DNA from: Pseudomonadota bacterium
Lineage (GTDB): Bacteria > Chloroflexota > UBA5177 > JAJPKF01
Length of the DNA: 64,000 nucleotides
NCBI GenBank assembly: GCA_021323865.1
Contig: JAJPKF010000024.1
Span: 9,207 to 73,206, forward strand
Direction of reading: 5' to 3'
Shown: positions 16,688 to 25,473 of the stretch, one piece after another
Layout of the letters: every line of letters begins with the position of its first letter
Numbering within the stretch: position 1 is the stretch's first letter
The notes under the pieces: generated by a model
Told to the model about the DNA's origin: nothing
The model's database searches: none
Seen by the model: the letters and a program-made list of their open reading frames with translations, nothing else
Translations under genes and position numbers: made by a program

Positions 16688-17639
16688 GCGCTCCTTCCAG
16701 AAGTTTGAGGAACGTATCCTCTAGTGTCCCGGCCGCCGGTTGTACGGCATAGACGCGAGCGCCGGACTGCACGACTGCGCGCACGATTTCGGGGACCGCG
16801 TCGTCGCCGATACCTCGAACAACGGTCCATCCCTCGCTCTCCTCCACCGGCCCGAACCGGCGTAAGGATTGCCGCACCTCTTCGTCGACGCCTTCTGCCC
16901 GGATGCGGACACCCTTTCCGGCGCCGCGCAGCTCGTCGATGGTGCCGATCGCGATCACCCGACCCTGGTCGACGATCGCGACTCGATCGCACACCAGCTC
17001 GACCTCACCGAGCAGGTGAGAGTTCAGGAAGACGGTCGTGCCTCGGGCCTTTAGGGTGCGGATGATCTCCCGCACATCGTGTCGGCCCACCGGATCGAGC
17101 GCCGACGTCGGCTCGTCGAGAAAGAGAACCTCGGGGTTGCCGACCAGGGCCACCGCCAGTCCCAGCCGCTGCTGCATGCCCTTGGAGTAGGCGCCGACAC
17201 GGTCGTCGGCCCGGCCGGCGATTCCGGCCAGCTCCAGGGCGTGCTCCGCGGCTCGTTCCCGCTGGTCTCGGGGAATGCCGGCAAGGCGGCAGTGGAAACC
17301 CATCACCTCGCGGCCCGTCAGCCAGTCCTGGTAGCGGAACAGCTCGGGCAGGTAGCCGATGCGGGATCGAACGGCCCGATTGCCCAGACGTTCTCCCAGC
17401 ACCCATCCCTCACCGCGAGTGGGTTTGCTCAAGCCAACCAGCAGCTTCACCGCCGTCGTCTTCCCGGCGCCGTTGGGACCGAGAAAGCCGAAAATCTCGC
17501 CCTTGCCCACCGTCATGGTGAGTCCGGCCAGGGCCACGGTTGATCCGAACTCCTTGGCCAGCTCCAGCGTCTGGATGGCGGTCGTTGCCGGACTGTCCGG
17601 CGCGATTTCGGACGCGCTGCGTTCCGCGGTCGCCTGCAT
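16662..17639 (-). CDS. ABC transporter ATP-binding protein (ABC-2 exporter type)
   Basis: Walker [10 protein letters not shown], signature [12 protein letters not shown]-like ([15 protein letters not shown]), Walker [13 protein letters not shown]. The GGAGGAGAG SD precedes the ATG at 17639. The track ORF is extended to 17765. Confidence 0.85.
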   Translation of the reverse strand: MQATAERSASEIAPDSPATTAIQTLELAKEFGSTVALAGLTMTVGKGEIFGFLGPNGAGKTTAVKLLVGLSKPTRGEGWVLGERLGNRAVRSRIGYLPELFRYQDWLTGREVMGFHCRLAGIPRDQRERAAEHALELAGIAGRADDRVGAYSKGMQQRLGLAVALVGNPEVLFLDEPTSALDPVGRHDVREIIRTLKARGTTVFLNSHLLGEVELVCDRVAIVDQGRVIAIGTIDELRGAGKGVRIRAEGVDEEVRQSLRRFGPVEESEGWTVVRGIGDDAVPEIVRAVVQSGARVYAVQPAAGTLEDTFLKLLEGAHDGHPDHS

Positions 17640-17706
17640 CTCTCCTCCTAGGATGGCGGGGGGCGGCGCCATCCACGCGGACGGCGCCGCCCTTGGGTGG
17701 GGTTGG

Positions 17707-18801
17707 TCAGTGCAGGGAGTTGGCGATGGAGAGGACCTGGGTGGCCGTGAGCTGGCCGGCAACACCGTAGATCTCGCGGTGCTGCTCCCAGATCACCACA
17801 CTGGCGACGCCGGTGTTGTCGCCGATGAGCACCCCGGGCGCGCCGTTCACCCGAACGCTGTGCGAGTAGGCGAGATTGACGGGCACCGGGATGGGGAGTG
17901 TGGTGGCCGGCTTGCCGATGGCTTCGATCTGCCGTGCGAGCTGCGGAGAAACGCCAGGGAGGTGCAACAGATACCGCTCGATGCGGGCGAGACCCGCGCC
18001 GCTCGAGGTGACGGTGGGTGCGGCTGCCTGGCCGACAACCAGGCTGGGCAGGGCATGAGCGGGCCCGTAGACGGTGATGACGGCAAGGCCGGTCTTGAGC
18101 CGAATGGTCGAGCCGTTGATGGCCTTGGGCATGCCCTTGAGCCGGCTGTGATGCTTGGCCGCGTAGTTGGCCGCCTTGGAGGCGCTGAAGGTGAAGGAGC
18201 TGTGCTGCGCGGGCAGCACCTGGAAGAAACGGGAGTGGGGAACCGAGGCCGGCAGGTGAGCCGGCACGAGCAGGTGCTCATGGGCGGCGGCCTCAGCGGC
18301 CTTCAGGCTATTGAGGGTTTCGGGCTGCACGTTCGAGGGGATGTGCAGCGATCCGTAGTTGCGCAGGTCGGGAAGGCTGCGCAGCTCTCCCGGCGTCACC
18401 GCCAGCGTGGTGAGCTGCTGGGGCTGAAAAACGGAGAGAACGTTATTGGCCAGGGCACCGGCCGGGGTGAAGGCGACGACGGCCGCGATGACCGCCGCCA
18501 TGGGAACCGGGCTCAGCCGCCATAGCTTGCGCGGCCTCAGATCTGAGATGTTCCAGCCCGGGCGGGTGCGCCGCACGTTTTGGCCGGAGGCGGCTTCAAG
18601 ACGTGCCCGCGCGCCGACGATGTCGCCCGCATATGAAGGGCGGTGACCCAGAATCTGGGCGACGATGTCTCGGTCACGCTTCACCTCTTCCAGCCGTCCG
18701 GAGCAGACCGGGCAGTGGGCCAGATGTTCGGCGCGGGATGAGCCCAATGCGAACGGCTCGTCCAGGAAGCGCCGCAGCTCTCCACGATTGATGTGTCTCA
18801 C
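17707..18801 (-). CDS. anti-sigma factor (zinc-finger HxxxCxxC, single TM, extracytoplasmic domain)
   Basis: N-terminal AEHLAHCPVCSGRLEE (ZAS-like) and a TM segment LSPVPMAAVIAAVVAFTPAGALA. It sits immediately downstream of, and overlapping, the ECF sigma gene. Confidence 0.7.
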   Translation of the reverse strand: MRHINRGELRRFLDEPFALGSSRAEHLAHCPVCSGRLEEVKRDRDIVAQILGHRPSYAGDIVGARARLEAASGQNVRRTRPGWNISDLRPRKLWRLSPVPMAAVIAAVVAFTPAGALANNVLSVFQPQQLTTLAVTPGELRSLPDLRNYGSLHIPSNVQPETLNSLKAAEAAAHEHLLVPAHLPASVPHSRFFQVLPAQHSSFTFSASKAANYAAKHHSRLKGMPKAINGSTIRLKTGLAVITVYGPAHALPSLVVGQAAAPTVTSSGAGLARIERYLLHLPGVSPQLARQIEAIGKPATTLPIPVPVNLAYSHSVRVNGAPGVLIGDNTGVASVVIWEQHREIYGVAGQLTATQVLSIANSLH

Positions 18802-19337
18802 TTCAATACCTCCTTTCGAAAGGCAGCCTCAGCCCGTCGGAGCAGGGTCCCCACATGGTTGATCCCGCAATCGAGGGCATCGGCGACTTCGGCGTAGCTC
18901 AACCCGCTGTAGCGGAGAGCGAGAATTTCGGCATGCCGGGGCGATAGTCTGCTCAGCGCCTCTCGGACCTCACGGCGGCTCTCGGTTCGATCGAGATGCC
19001 CCTGTGGGTCCAGGGCGGCTGGGGCGTCCAACCGCTCCTGCCGCACGGCCTCGCGCTCCTCGCGCCGGGTTCGGCGTCGTTTGGAGCGCACGGCATTGAG
19101 GGCAAGATGGGCCGCCGCTCGATGGAGCCAGGCGGGCGCATACGGAGCATCGGGATCGTGCCGGCCCATGAAGGAGAGAAATACCTCCTGCGCCACGTCC
19201 TCGGCCTCGTCGGCATCGTTGACGATGCGGTGGGCAATCGCCACCACCCGGCGGTACTCGCCGGTAAAGAGTCGCTCGAACTTGAGGCTCTGATCGGTTC
19301 CGGTGGTGGTCACCAAGCCGTGTACGCGTAGGGCCAT
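18798..19337 (-). CDS. ECF (group 4) RNA polymerase sigma factor
   Basis: Region 2 (YRRVVAIAHRIVNDADEAEDVAQEVFL) and region 4 (LSPRHAEILALRYSGLSYAEVADALDCGINHVGTLLRRA) are present. The anti-sigma gene overlaps its stop. Confidence 0.85.
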   Translation of the reverse strand: MALRVHGLVTTTGTDQSLKFERLFTGEYRRVVAIAHRIVNDADEAEDVAQEVFLSFMGRHDPDAPYAPAWLHRAAAHLALNAVRSKRRRTRREEREAVRQERLDAPAALDPQGHLDRTESRREVREALSRLSPRHAEILALRYSGLSYAEVADALDCGINHVGTLLRRAEAAFRKEVLK

Positions 19338-19534
19338 ATGAATGCCGCGATCCCTTGAGTCGTGTTCCTATTCACCCAGCACCACGCGGTCCACAATTGT
19401 GACACTCGGCGGGGATGAGAGATGCTGGGGTCGGGCGGCGCCGGCTGTTCTTTTCGCCCTCGGCTACTCGCGGACCCAACCAAGAAAGTCTGCCTCTGGG
19501 TACCCACTCCTCTGCGGCGCGGCCGACTCGCGGC

Positions 19535-20392
19535 TCAATCGACGAGCAATGGGGCCGTCACGGCGTGAGAGTCGAGGATGCCTCGAGCACTGAGCTGTCG
19601 CTTGAGCATGCCGATCACGGCCGCGTTGCGCGATCCCTGACCGGCCGGAACCCTGCTCTCGATGGCCACGATCTCCGTCTGGGCGGCGCGGGCCGTGGCA
19701 AAATCGCCCCGGGCCGCCGCCTCGTAGGTGCGAACACAAAGGTGGGGATAGGCATTGGCGATGCTGGGAATGGCGCCGACGGCGCCCGCCAAGACGGCGG
19801 CGTCGATCAGATGCCGGGTGCCCGCAAACGCCCGAAACTCCCTTTCGCCCAGTCGCAGGGTCAGCTCCCGGAACCACTCCAGATCGTTCTGGCTGTCCTT
19901 GATTCCCACTACGGTGCCGTCTTCAGCCAGCCGGCAGGCCGTCTCCAGGCCCACATTGACGCGGACCGTCTGGGGAATGTTGTAGATGAGGAGCGGCAGA
20001 TCGACGCTGCTGCGAATGGCCGCGTAGTGATCCAGCAGCTCCGCCTGGCTGTGTGGATAGTAGTAGGGCGGTGTGGCCGCGATGGCGTCGGCTCCTGACT
20101 CCCGAGCCCGCTGCGCGTGCCGGAGGGCCAGCCGGGTGGCGGCGTCACTTACGTTGGCGATGACCGGGACTCGCCCGGCCACCCGCTCGACGACCGTGCG
20201 GGTTGCGGATGCCCGCTCGTCGGCGTCGAAGGCGGCGAACTCGCCGGTGGTGCCCATGACCCACAACCCGTGGACGCCCTGCTGAAGCTGAAAGTCGACC
20301 AGGCGTTCCATGGAGGCGAGGTCGAGCGTGCCCGTCGCATCTACCGGGGTGACCAGGGGCGTGAAGATGCCCCGAAACGCCGAAAGGCTCAC
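19535..20392 (-). CDS. dihydrodipicolinate synthase / N-acetylneuraminate lyase family (class I aldolase) protein
   Basis: The family motifs GTTGEFAAF and the Schiff-base lysine context VVGIKDS are present. It is translationally coupled to metG (4-nt overlap). Confidence 0.8.
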   Translation of the reverse strand: MSLSAFRGIFTPLVTPVDATGTLDLASMERLVDFQLQQGVHGLWVMGTTGEFAAFDADERASATRTVVERVAGRVPVIANVSDAATRLALRHAQRARESGADAIAATPPYYYPHSQAELLDHYAAIRSSVDLPLLIYNIPQTVRVNVGLETACRLAEDGTVVGIKDSQNDLEWFRELTLRLGEREFRAFAGTRHLIDAAVLAGAVGAIPSIANAYPHLCVRTYEAAARGDFATARAAQTEIVAIESRVPAGQGSRNAAVIGMLKRQLSARGILDSHAVTAPLLVD

Positions 20393-21969
20393 GGCTGCAC
20401 TGCCACGCCGGCTTCCCGCTCCAGTCGCGGGAAGAGCGGCTCCGGAGCCGTGACCTGCGCGCCTTCGACCTCGAATGCGGCAGGGCCGCGCCCTGGGTTC
20501 GGAATGCCAAGCTGGTTGAACATGCGTTCGGCCGTTACCGGCAGGAATGGCCGCAGGTTGACCGCCACCAGACGAAGCACGTGGGCGAGCGTGTTCAGGA
20601 CGGCATCGAGTCGGTCGCGTGCGCCGGCCGTCTCCGCCCCCTCGCCCCGCTCAAGACCGCGCTGCTTCCAAGGCGCCTGCTGCTCGATGTAGCGGTTTGC
20701 CGCGCTGATCACTTCCCAGACGGCGGCGGTCGCATGTTGGAACTGGTATGCCACCATGGCCTGGTGCACGCGGCCGGCCAGTCCTTCGGCGCGGGCCCGC
20801 AGCTCCGCGTCAGCCTCGTTCGTGGTGGCTCCCGAGGGCACCCGGCCGCCTCGGTAGCTCCGGATCATGGAGATCGTGCGGTTGAGGAGGTTGCCCAGAT
20901 CGTTGGCCAGGTCGGCGTTGTAGCGGGCCTCAAATGCCTCGATGGAGAAGTCGGCGTCGGCGGTGGGATGCGTGGCCGCCAGAAAGTAATACCGCACCGC
21001 CTCACTGCCGTACTCATCAACCAGCTCCACCGGGCTCAGAGAGTTGCCGAGTGACTTGCTCATCTTGCGGCCGTCGACGGTGTAGTGGCCGTGGACGAAG
21101 AGGACGTGCGGCAGCGGCACGCCCGCGGAGAGCAGCATGGCCGGCCAGTAAACGGCGTGGAAGCGGATGATGCCCTTGCCCACGGCGTGCACCCGGCAGT
21201 CGTTCTCCACCCAGAAGCGCCGGTAGAGGTCCTCGTCGCCGGCGTAGCCCAGGGCGGTGATGTAATTGCTGAGCGCGTCGAACCAGACGTACATCATCTG
21301 CGTCTCATCGCCTGGAACCGGAACTCCCCACCCGCGGGCCCGCTCGCGCGTACGTGAGATGCTGATATCTCGCAGACCCGACCTGAGGAAGGACAACACC
21401 TCGTTCTTGCGCTGTTCCGGGATCACCCGATAGGTATCGGACGCGATAAGCTCGGTCAGCCGCTCACCATAGCGGGAGAGGCGAAAGAAGTAATTCGTCT
21501 CCTGCACCTTATCGGGTGCGATGAGGTGGTCGGGACAGAGGCCGTCGACCAGCTCGTCCTCGTCATAGAACAGCTCGCATCGAGGGCAATACAGGCCGAA
21601 GTAGTCCTTCACATAGATGTCGCCGGCTCGATCCACCGCGGTCCAGAGCTTCTGAGCGCCCGCAGCATGACGGGGGTCAATGCTGGTACGGATGAACTGG
21701 TCGTAGGAGATGTCGAGCTTCTCGTCCAGCTCCATGAAGGCGCGGGTGTTGCGAGCCACCAGATCAGGAACGGCCAAACCCTCGCGCTCGGCAGCCAGCA
21801 CGTTGGTGATGCTGTTGTCGTCGCTGCCGGTCAGGAAGTAGGTCTCGTCGCCGATGAGCCGGTGGAACCGGGCGAGGGCATCCACCTGGGTCGCCTCGAG
21901 CCCATGACCCACGTGGGGGGCGGCATTGACGTAGGGAATTGCGGTGCTGATATAGAAGCGATTGGGCAT
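20389..21969 (-). CDS. metG: methionyl-tRNA synthetase
   Basis: Class I motifs HVGHGL (HIGH) and KMSKSLGN (KMSKS). Zinc-knuckle cysteines CPRCE...CPDH in the connective peptide. Confidence 0.9.
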   Translation of the reverse strand: MPNRFYISTAIPYVNAAPHVGHGLEATQVDALARFHRLIGDETYFLTGSDDNSITNVLAAEREGLAVPDLVARNTRAFMELDEKLDISYDQFIRTSIDPRHAAGAQKLWTAVDRAGDIYVKDYFGLYCPRCELFYDEDELVDGLCPDHLIAPDKVQETNYFFRLSRYGERLTELIASDTYRVIPEQRKNEVLSFLRSGLRDISISRTRERARGWGVPVPGDETQMMYVWFDALSNYITALGYAGDEDLYRRFWVENDCRVHAVGKGIIRFHAVYWPAMLLSAGVPLPHVLFVHGHYTVDGRKMSKSLGNSLSPVELVDEYGSEAVRYYFLAATHPTADADFSIEAFEARYNADLANDLGNLLNRTISMIRSYRGGRVPSGATTNEADAELRARAEGLAGRVHQAMVAYQFQHATAAVWEVISAANRYIEQQAPWKQRGLERGEGAETAGARDRLDAVLNTLAHVLRLVAVNLRPFLPVTAERMFNQLGIPNPGRGPAAFEVEGAQVTAPEPLFPRLEREAGVAVQP

Positions 21970-22305
21970 GATGCGGCTCTCCGCGTGGCTTACTCCAGCA
22001 TAGAGAAGCCACGACTGGCGGTCGGATGGCGGCTGGACGCGATTGTCACTCTCAAAGCCGGCTCAACGGTGGCCCCGACGAAGTGTCCTCCCGCAGTTCC
22101 ATGAAGTGAACGGTGAGCCTCCTGCCGATTGCGAACGACGTCCCAGAGGGACTTAGGTTCTGGCCGCGCGTTCCCGCCGTCTGCAGGAAAAGCGGCTGCA
22201 GCCACCATTCCCGACCACCGTCCAGCGGCCGAAGGATCGCCAGTCCGCGCCCTGGACGCGGCGCGATGGAGCGTAGTACGCCCGTTGGCTGCATCCGTAC
22301 ATCCT

Positions 22306-22334
22306 TTGACAAAGCGACGAGTGCGGCGTACAAT
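22306..22334 (+). promoter_or_regulatory. consensus sigma-70 type promoter (TTGACA-17-TACAAT)
   Basis: tTTGACAaagcgacgagtgcggcgTACAATg has perfect -35 and -10 hexamers with a 17-nt spacer. It lies ~40 nt upstream of the ATG at 22374. Confidence 0.5.
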
Positions 22335-22373
22335 GAACGAGAGCCGTCCGCGGAGAGAGAGCCGAGCAGCGCG

Positions 22374-22772
22374 ATGAATATCCCTACCCGCAACATGGCC
22401 ATGCGCAAGGCTGATCCGGAGAAGGTCATCGCGCGCTACGCCGAGCTGCGCAATCTCGAGCGGACCGGGCGCGAGTTCGGCATCACCCGAGAGCGGGTTC
22501 GACAGATCGTCAATCGAGCCGGCATCTCCACCGGCCGGCAGCTGAAGCCGAAGCCGGAGCGCAAGACCCGCCTCTGCAAGGAGTGTGGCGATCCCGTCGC
22601 TTCCGCCCACAGCCTGTACTGCTCAACCCATCGTTTGGAGAAACACAAGCGGCGCTACCGGGCGATCAAGGCGGACCCGGAGAAGTACGCACATTGGCGT
22701 GATCTGCTGAAGAAGTACGACCGGCGTCGCAAGATTCGTCTGCAGGAGCAGGCAGAGGCAGCTCCCGCCTAG
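22374..22772 (+). CDS. small DNA-binding protein with sigma-70 region-4-like HTH and C-terminal zinc-ribbon/basic tail
   Basis: LERTGREFGITRERVRQIVNRAG resembles sigma region 4.2. It is followed by CKECGDP...CSTH and a Lys/Arg-rich tail. The SD GGAGAGAGAG precedes ATG 22374. The track ORF (22113..) is over-extended. Confidence 0.55.
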   Translation: MNIPTRNMAMRKADPEKVIARYAELRNLERTGREFGITRERVRQIVNRAGISTGRQLKPKPERKTRLCKECGDPVASAHSLYCSTHRLEKHKRRYRAIKADPEKYAHWRDLLKKYDRRRKIRLQEQAEAAPA

Positions 22773-22882
22773 GAGACGCTTCCGCTCCTAACGGCCCTGG
22801 GACGGGCATTCAACCCGCCCGTCATTGGTCAGCCTCCAGGGTATAAGGGGCCGACTTCTGAGGCCCTGTTGGGCTGATCCGA

Positions 22883-24061
22883 CTAGCGGACGGCCGTCGC
22901 CCGGCTGTCGAGCGCGTTCAATGCCGCGTCCAGATCGGCGAGCAGGTCCTCGACGTCCTCAATGCCGACCGAGAGCCGCACGAGGCCGTCGCTGATGCCG
23001 GCCGCCTCGCGGGCTTCCTTGGGGACCGAGGCGTGAGTCATGACGGCCGGGTGATCGGCCAGCGACTCGACGCCGCCCAGGCTCTCCGCCAGGGCGAAGA
23101 GCTGCAACGACCGCATGAATCGCGAAGCCCCCTCTAAGCCACCCGCGACCTCGACGGTAACGATGCCGCCAAAGCCGGACATCTGGCGCGCGGCCACGTC
23201 ATGGCCGGGGTGTTCCTCCAGGCCCGGATACAACACCCGAGTCACCACGTCCGTTCGCCCGGCCAGGTAGCGGGCCACCGCCGCGGCGTTTTGCTGGTGG
23301 CGCTCCATGCGCACGGCGAGTGTCTTCAGGCCGCGCAACAGCAGCCAGCAATCCATGGGGCCGGGTACGGCGCCGATGGCGTTTTGGTGAAACTTGAGCC
23401 GGTCGTGCACCTCGACATCGGCCAGGCTGACCGTTCCCATGACCAGGTCGCTGTGACCGCCGAGGTACTTGGTCGCGCTGTACAGGGCGATATCGGCGCC
23501 CAGCTCCAGCGGCCGCTGGAGGTAGGGACTGGCGAAGGTGTTGTCCACGGCCAAAAGGGCGCCATGAGCGTGGCCAATCTCGGCCATGTGCCGGATATCG
23601 ACGATCTTGAGCAGGGGATTGGTGGGCGACTCGATCCAGATCAGCCGGGTCTCGGGACACACGACCCGCTCGACCTCCTCCGGTCGAGTGGCGTCAACGA
23701 AATCGAAGCGCAGGCCGTACTTCCGATACACGCGCTCGAACAGCCGGTAGGTGCCGCCGTAGCAGTCGTCGGAAACGATCACGTGATCGCCGGGACCGAA
23801 CAGCGCCATCACCGTGGCTTCAGCCGCCATGCCCGAAGCGAACGCGAGCGCCCCGGCGGCCCCGTCGAGCGACGCCAGCGCGGTCTGGAGGGCAGATCTG
23901 GTGGGATTGTCGGTGCGCGAGTACTCGTAGCCCCGGTGCTGCCCGATGTCGGCTTGGGCATAGGTCGAGGTCTGATAGATGGGCACGGTCACCGAGCCGG
24001 TTTGGGGGTCAGGCTCCTGACCGGCATGGATCGCGCGAGTGCTGAACCCTTCGGGTTTCAC
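22883..24061 (-). CDS. cystathionine gamma-lyase / gamma-synthase (Cys/Met-metabolism PLP enzyme)
   Basis: PLP-lysine context YSATKYLGGHSDL and the family blocks IWIESPTNPLL and AVDNTFASPY. The GTG start at 24061 overlaps the CBS stop (GTGA coupling). The track ORF is extended upstream through the CBS gene in another frame. Confidence 0.85.
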   Translation of the reverse strand: MKPEGFSTRAIHAGQEPDPQTGSVTVPIYQTSTYAQADIGQHRGYEYSRTDNPTRSALQTALASLDGAAGALAFASGMAAEATVMALFGPGDHVIVSDDCYGGTYRLFERVYRKYGLRFDFVDATRPEEVERVVCPETRLIWIESPTNPLLKIVDIRHMAEIGHAHGALLAVDNTFASPYLQRPLELGADIALYSATKYLGGHSDLVMGTVSLADVEVHDRLKFHQNAIGAVPGPMDCWLLLRGLKTLAVRMERHQQNAAAVARYLAGRTDVVTRVLYPGLEEHPGHDVAARQMSGFGGIVTVEVAGGLEGASRFMRSLQLFALAESLGGVESLADHPAVMTHASVPKEAREAAGISDGLVRLSVGIEDVEDLLADLDAALNALDSRATAVR

Positions 24062-25473
24062 TGTGCCGCCCGGTTGTGGGCGATGAACTCGAGCAGGTCC
24101 GAGCGGGTAATCACCCCCACGGGCCGGTTGCCCTGCACGGCGATCAGGGCCGAGTCGGCGCCCAGCAGCGGCTCGACCACCGCCTCCACACTGTCGTTTA
24201 GATCGACCAGATCGAGGGGCGCATCCATCACATCTCCGACCTGATGCTCGACCATGGACGGATCCCTGAATACGCTGGCCAGCAGCGACTTCTCCTGAAT
24301 GCTGCCCACAATATCGTCGACCCGCTGCACCAGGCCCCTGCCTCCGACGGTCGAGCCATCTCCATCGGCCGTCAGAAGGGCGACGGGCATCTGGGAGATG
24401 CCATACTCCTGGAGCATATCGATCGCCTGGCCCACGCGGGAGGTCGGTGTGACCGCGACCATCTCCGGGATGTCGCCGTGACGGACACGGAGCAGGTCGG
24501 CCACCCGGGCCGAGGGCAGGCGTTCCAGATAGCCGTTGTCCTGCATCCATTGGTCGGAGAAGACTTTGGATAGATAGTTCCGGCCCGTGTCGGGAAGCAG
24601 GATGACCATGAGCGCGTGCTCGTCGAGATCCCTGGCGACCTCGAGCGCGGCAACCAAAGCGCTCCCGCCCGAGCCTCCCACCAAGATACCTTCCTCGCGG
24701 GTAACTCGCCGGGCAGCCCGGAACGAGTCCCGATCGGTCACCCGCACCCAGCGATCGATGATGCCGGGGTCGAATGTCCCCGGCCAGAAGTCCTCGCCGA
24801 TGCCCTCGACCTTGTAGGGCCGGATCTCACCGCCCGAGAGGAGCGAGCCTTCGGGATCGGCGCCGACCACCGTGACGTCAGGATTGCGCTCCTTGAGATA
24901 GCGCCCGGTGCCGGAAATGGTGCCGCCCGTGCCCACGCCGGCCACGAAGTGGGTGATGGCCCCGTCGGTCTGCTCCCAAATCTCGGGACCGGTGGTGGCA
25001 TAGTGAGTGTCCGGATTGGCCTGGTTGTAGTACTGGTTTGGCTGGAAGCCGCCCGGAGTTTCGAGGGCGAGCCGGTCGGCCACGCGGTAATAGCTGTCGG
25101 GTGATTCGGGCGGCACGGCCGTGGGTGTGATGACCACCTCGGCGCCATAGGCCTTGAGGAGCGCGATCTTCTCGGCGCTCATCTTGTCGGGCATCACGAA
25201 GATCGTCCGGTAGCCCTTGATGGCGGCGGCAATGGCCAGTCCCACTCCCGTGTTGCCGGACGTGGGTTCGATGATGGTGCCGCCCGGCCGCAGCAGGCCG
25301 CGCCGCTCGGCGTCGTCGATCATGCGGATGCCGATCCGGTCCTTGACGCTGCCGCCCGGGTTGAGGCTTTCCAGCTTGACGAGCATGGTCGGTTTCAATC
25401 CCCGCGAAACGCGCTGAAGCCGCACGAGGGGCGTGTTGCCGATGAGGTCGAGGAGGCTCTCGCGTACCTCCAT
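24058..25473 (-). CDS. cystathionine beta-synthase with tandem C-terminal CBS domains
   Basis: PLP fold-II motifs (LESLNPGGSVKDRIG, GNTGVGLA) and two C-terminal CBS motifs. Confidence 0.9.
   Translation of the reverse strand: MEVRESLLDLIGNTPLVRLQRVSRGLKPTMLVKLESLNPGGSVKDRIGIRMIDDAERRGLLRPGGTIIEPTSGNTGVGLAIAAAIKGYRTIFVMPDKMSAEKIALLKAYGAEVVITPTAVPPESPDSYYRVADRLALETPGGFQPNQYYNQANPDTHYATTGPEIWEQTDGAITHFVAGVGTGGTISGTGRYLKERNPDVTVVGADPEGSLLSGGEIRPYKVEGIGEDFWPGTFDPGIIDRWVRVTDRDSFRAARRVTREEGILVGGSGGSALVAALEVARDLDEHALMVILLPDTGRNYLSKVFSDQWMQDNGYLERLPSARVADLLRVRHGDIPEMVAVTPTSRVGQAIDMLQEYGISQMPVALLTADGDGSTVGGRGLVQRVDDIVGSIQEKSLLASVFRDPSMVEHQVGDVMDAPLDLVDLNDSVEAVVEPLLGADSALIAVQGNRPVGVITRSDLLEFIAHNRAAQ

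Noticed and set aside
21970-22112. Possible T-box leader upstream of metG
   Set aside because: No AAUUAGGGUGGNACCGCG T-box sequence or specifier-loop architecture was found. Only a small 7-bp hairpin and a GGAGAG SD are present.
22800-22870. Terminator downstream of the cystathionine gamma-lyase gene
   Set aside because: Hairpins are present (GACGGGC...GCCCGTC; GGGGCC...GGCCCT) but lack a convincing U-tract on the minus strand. They were left uncalled.
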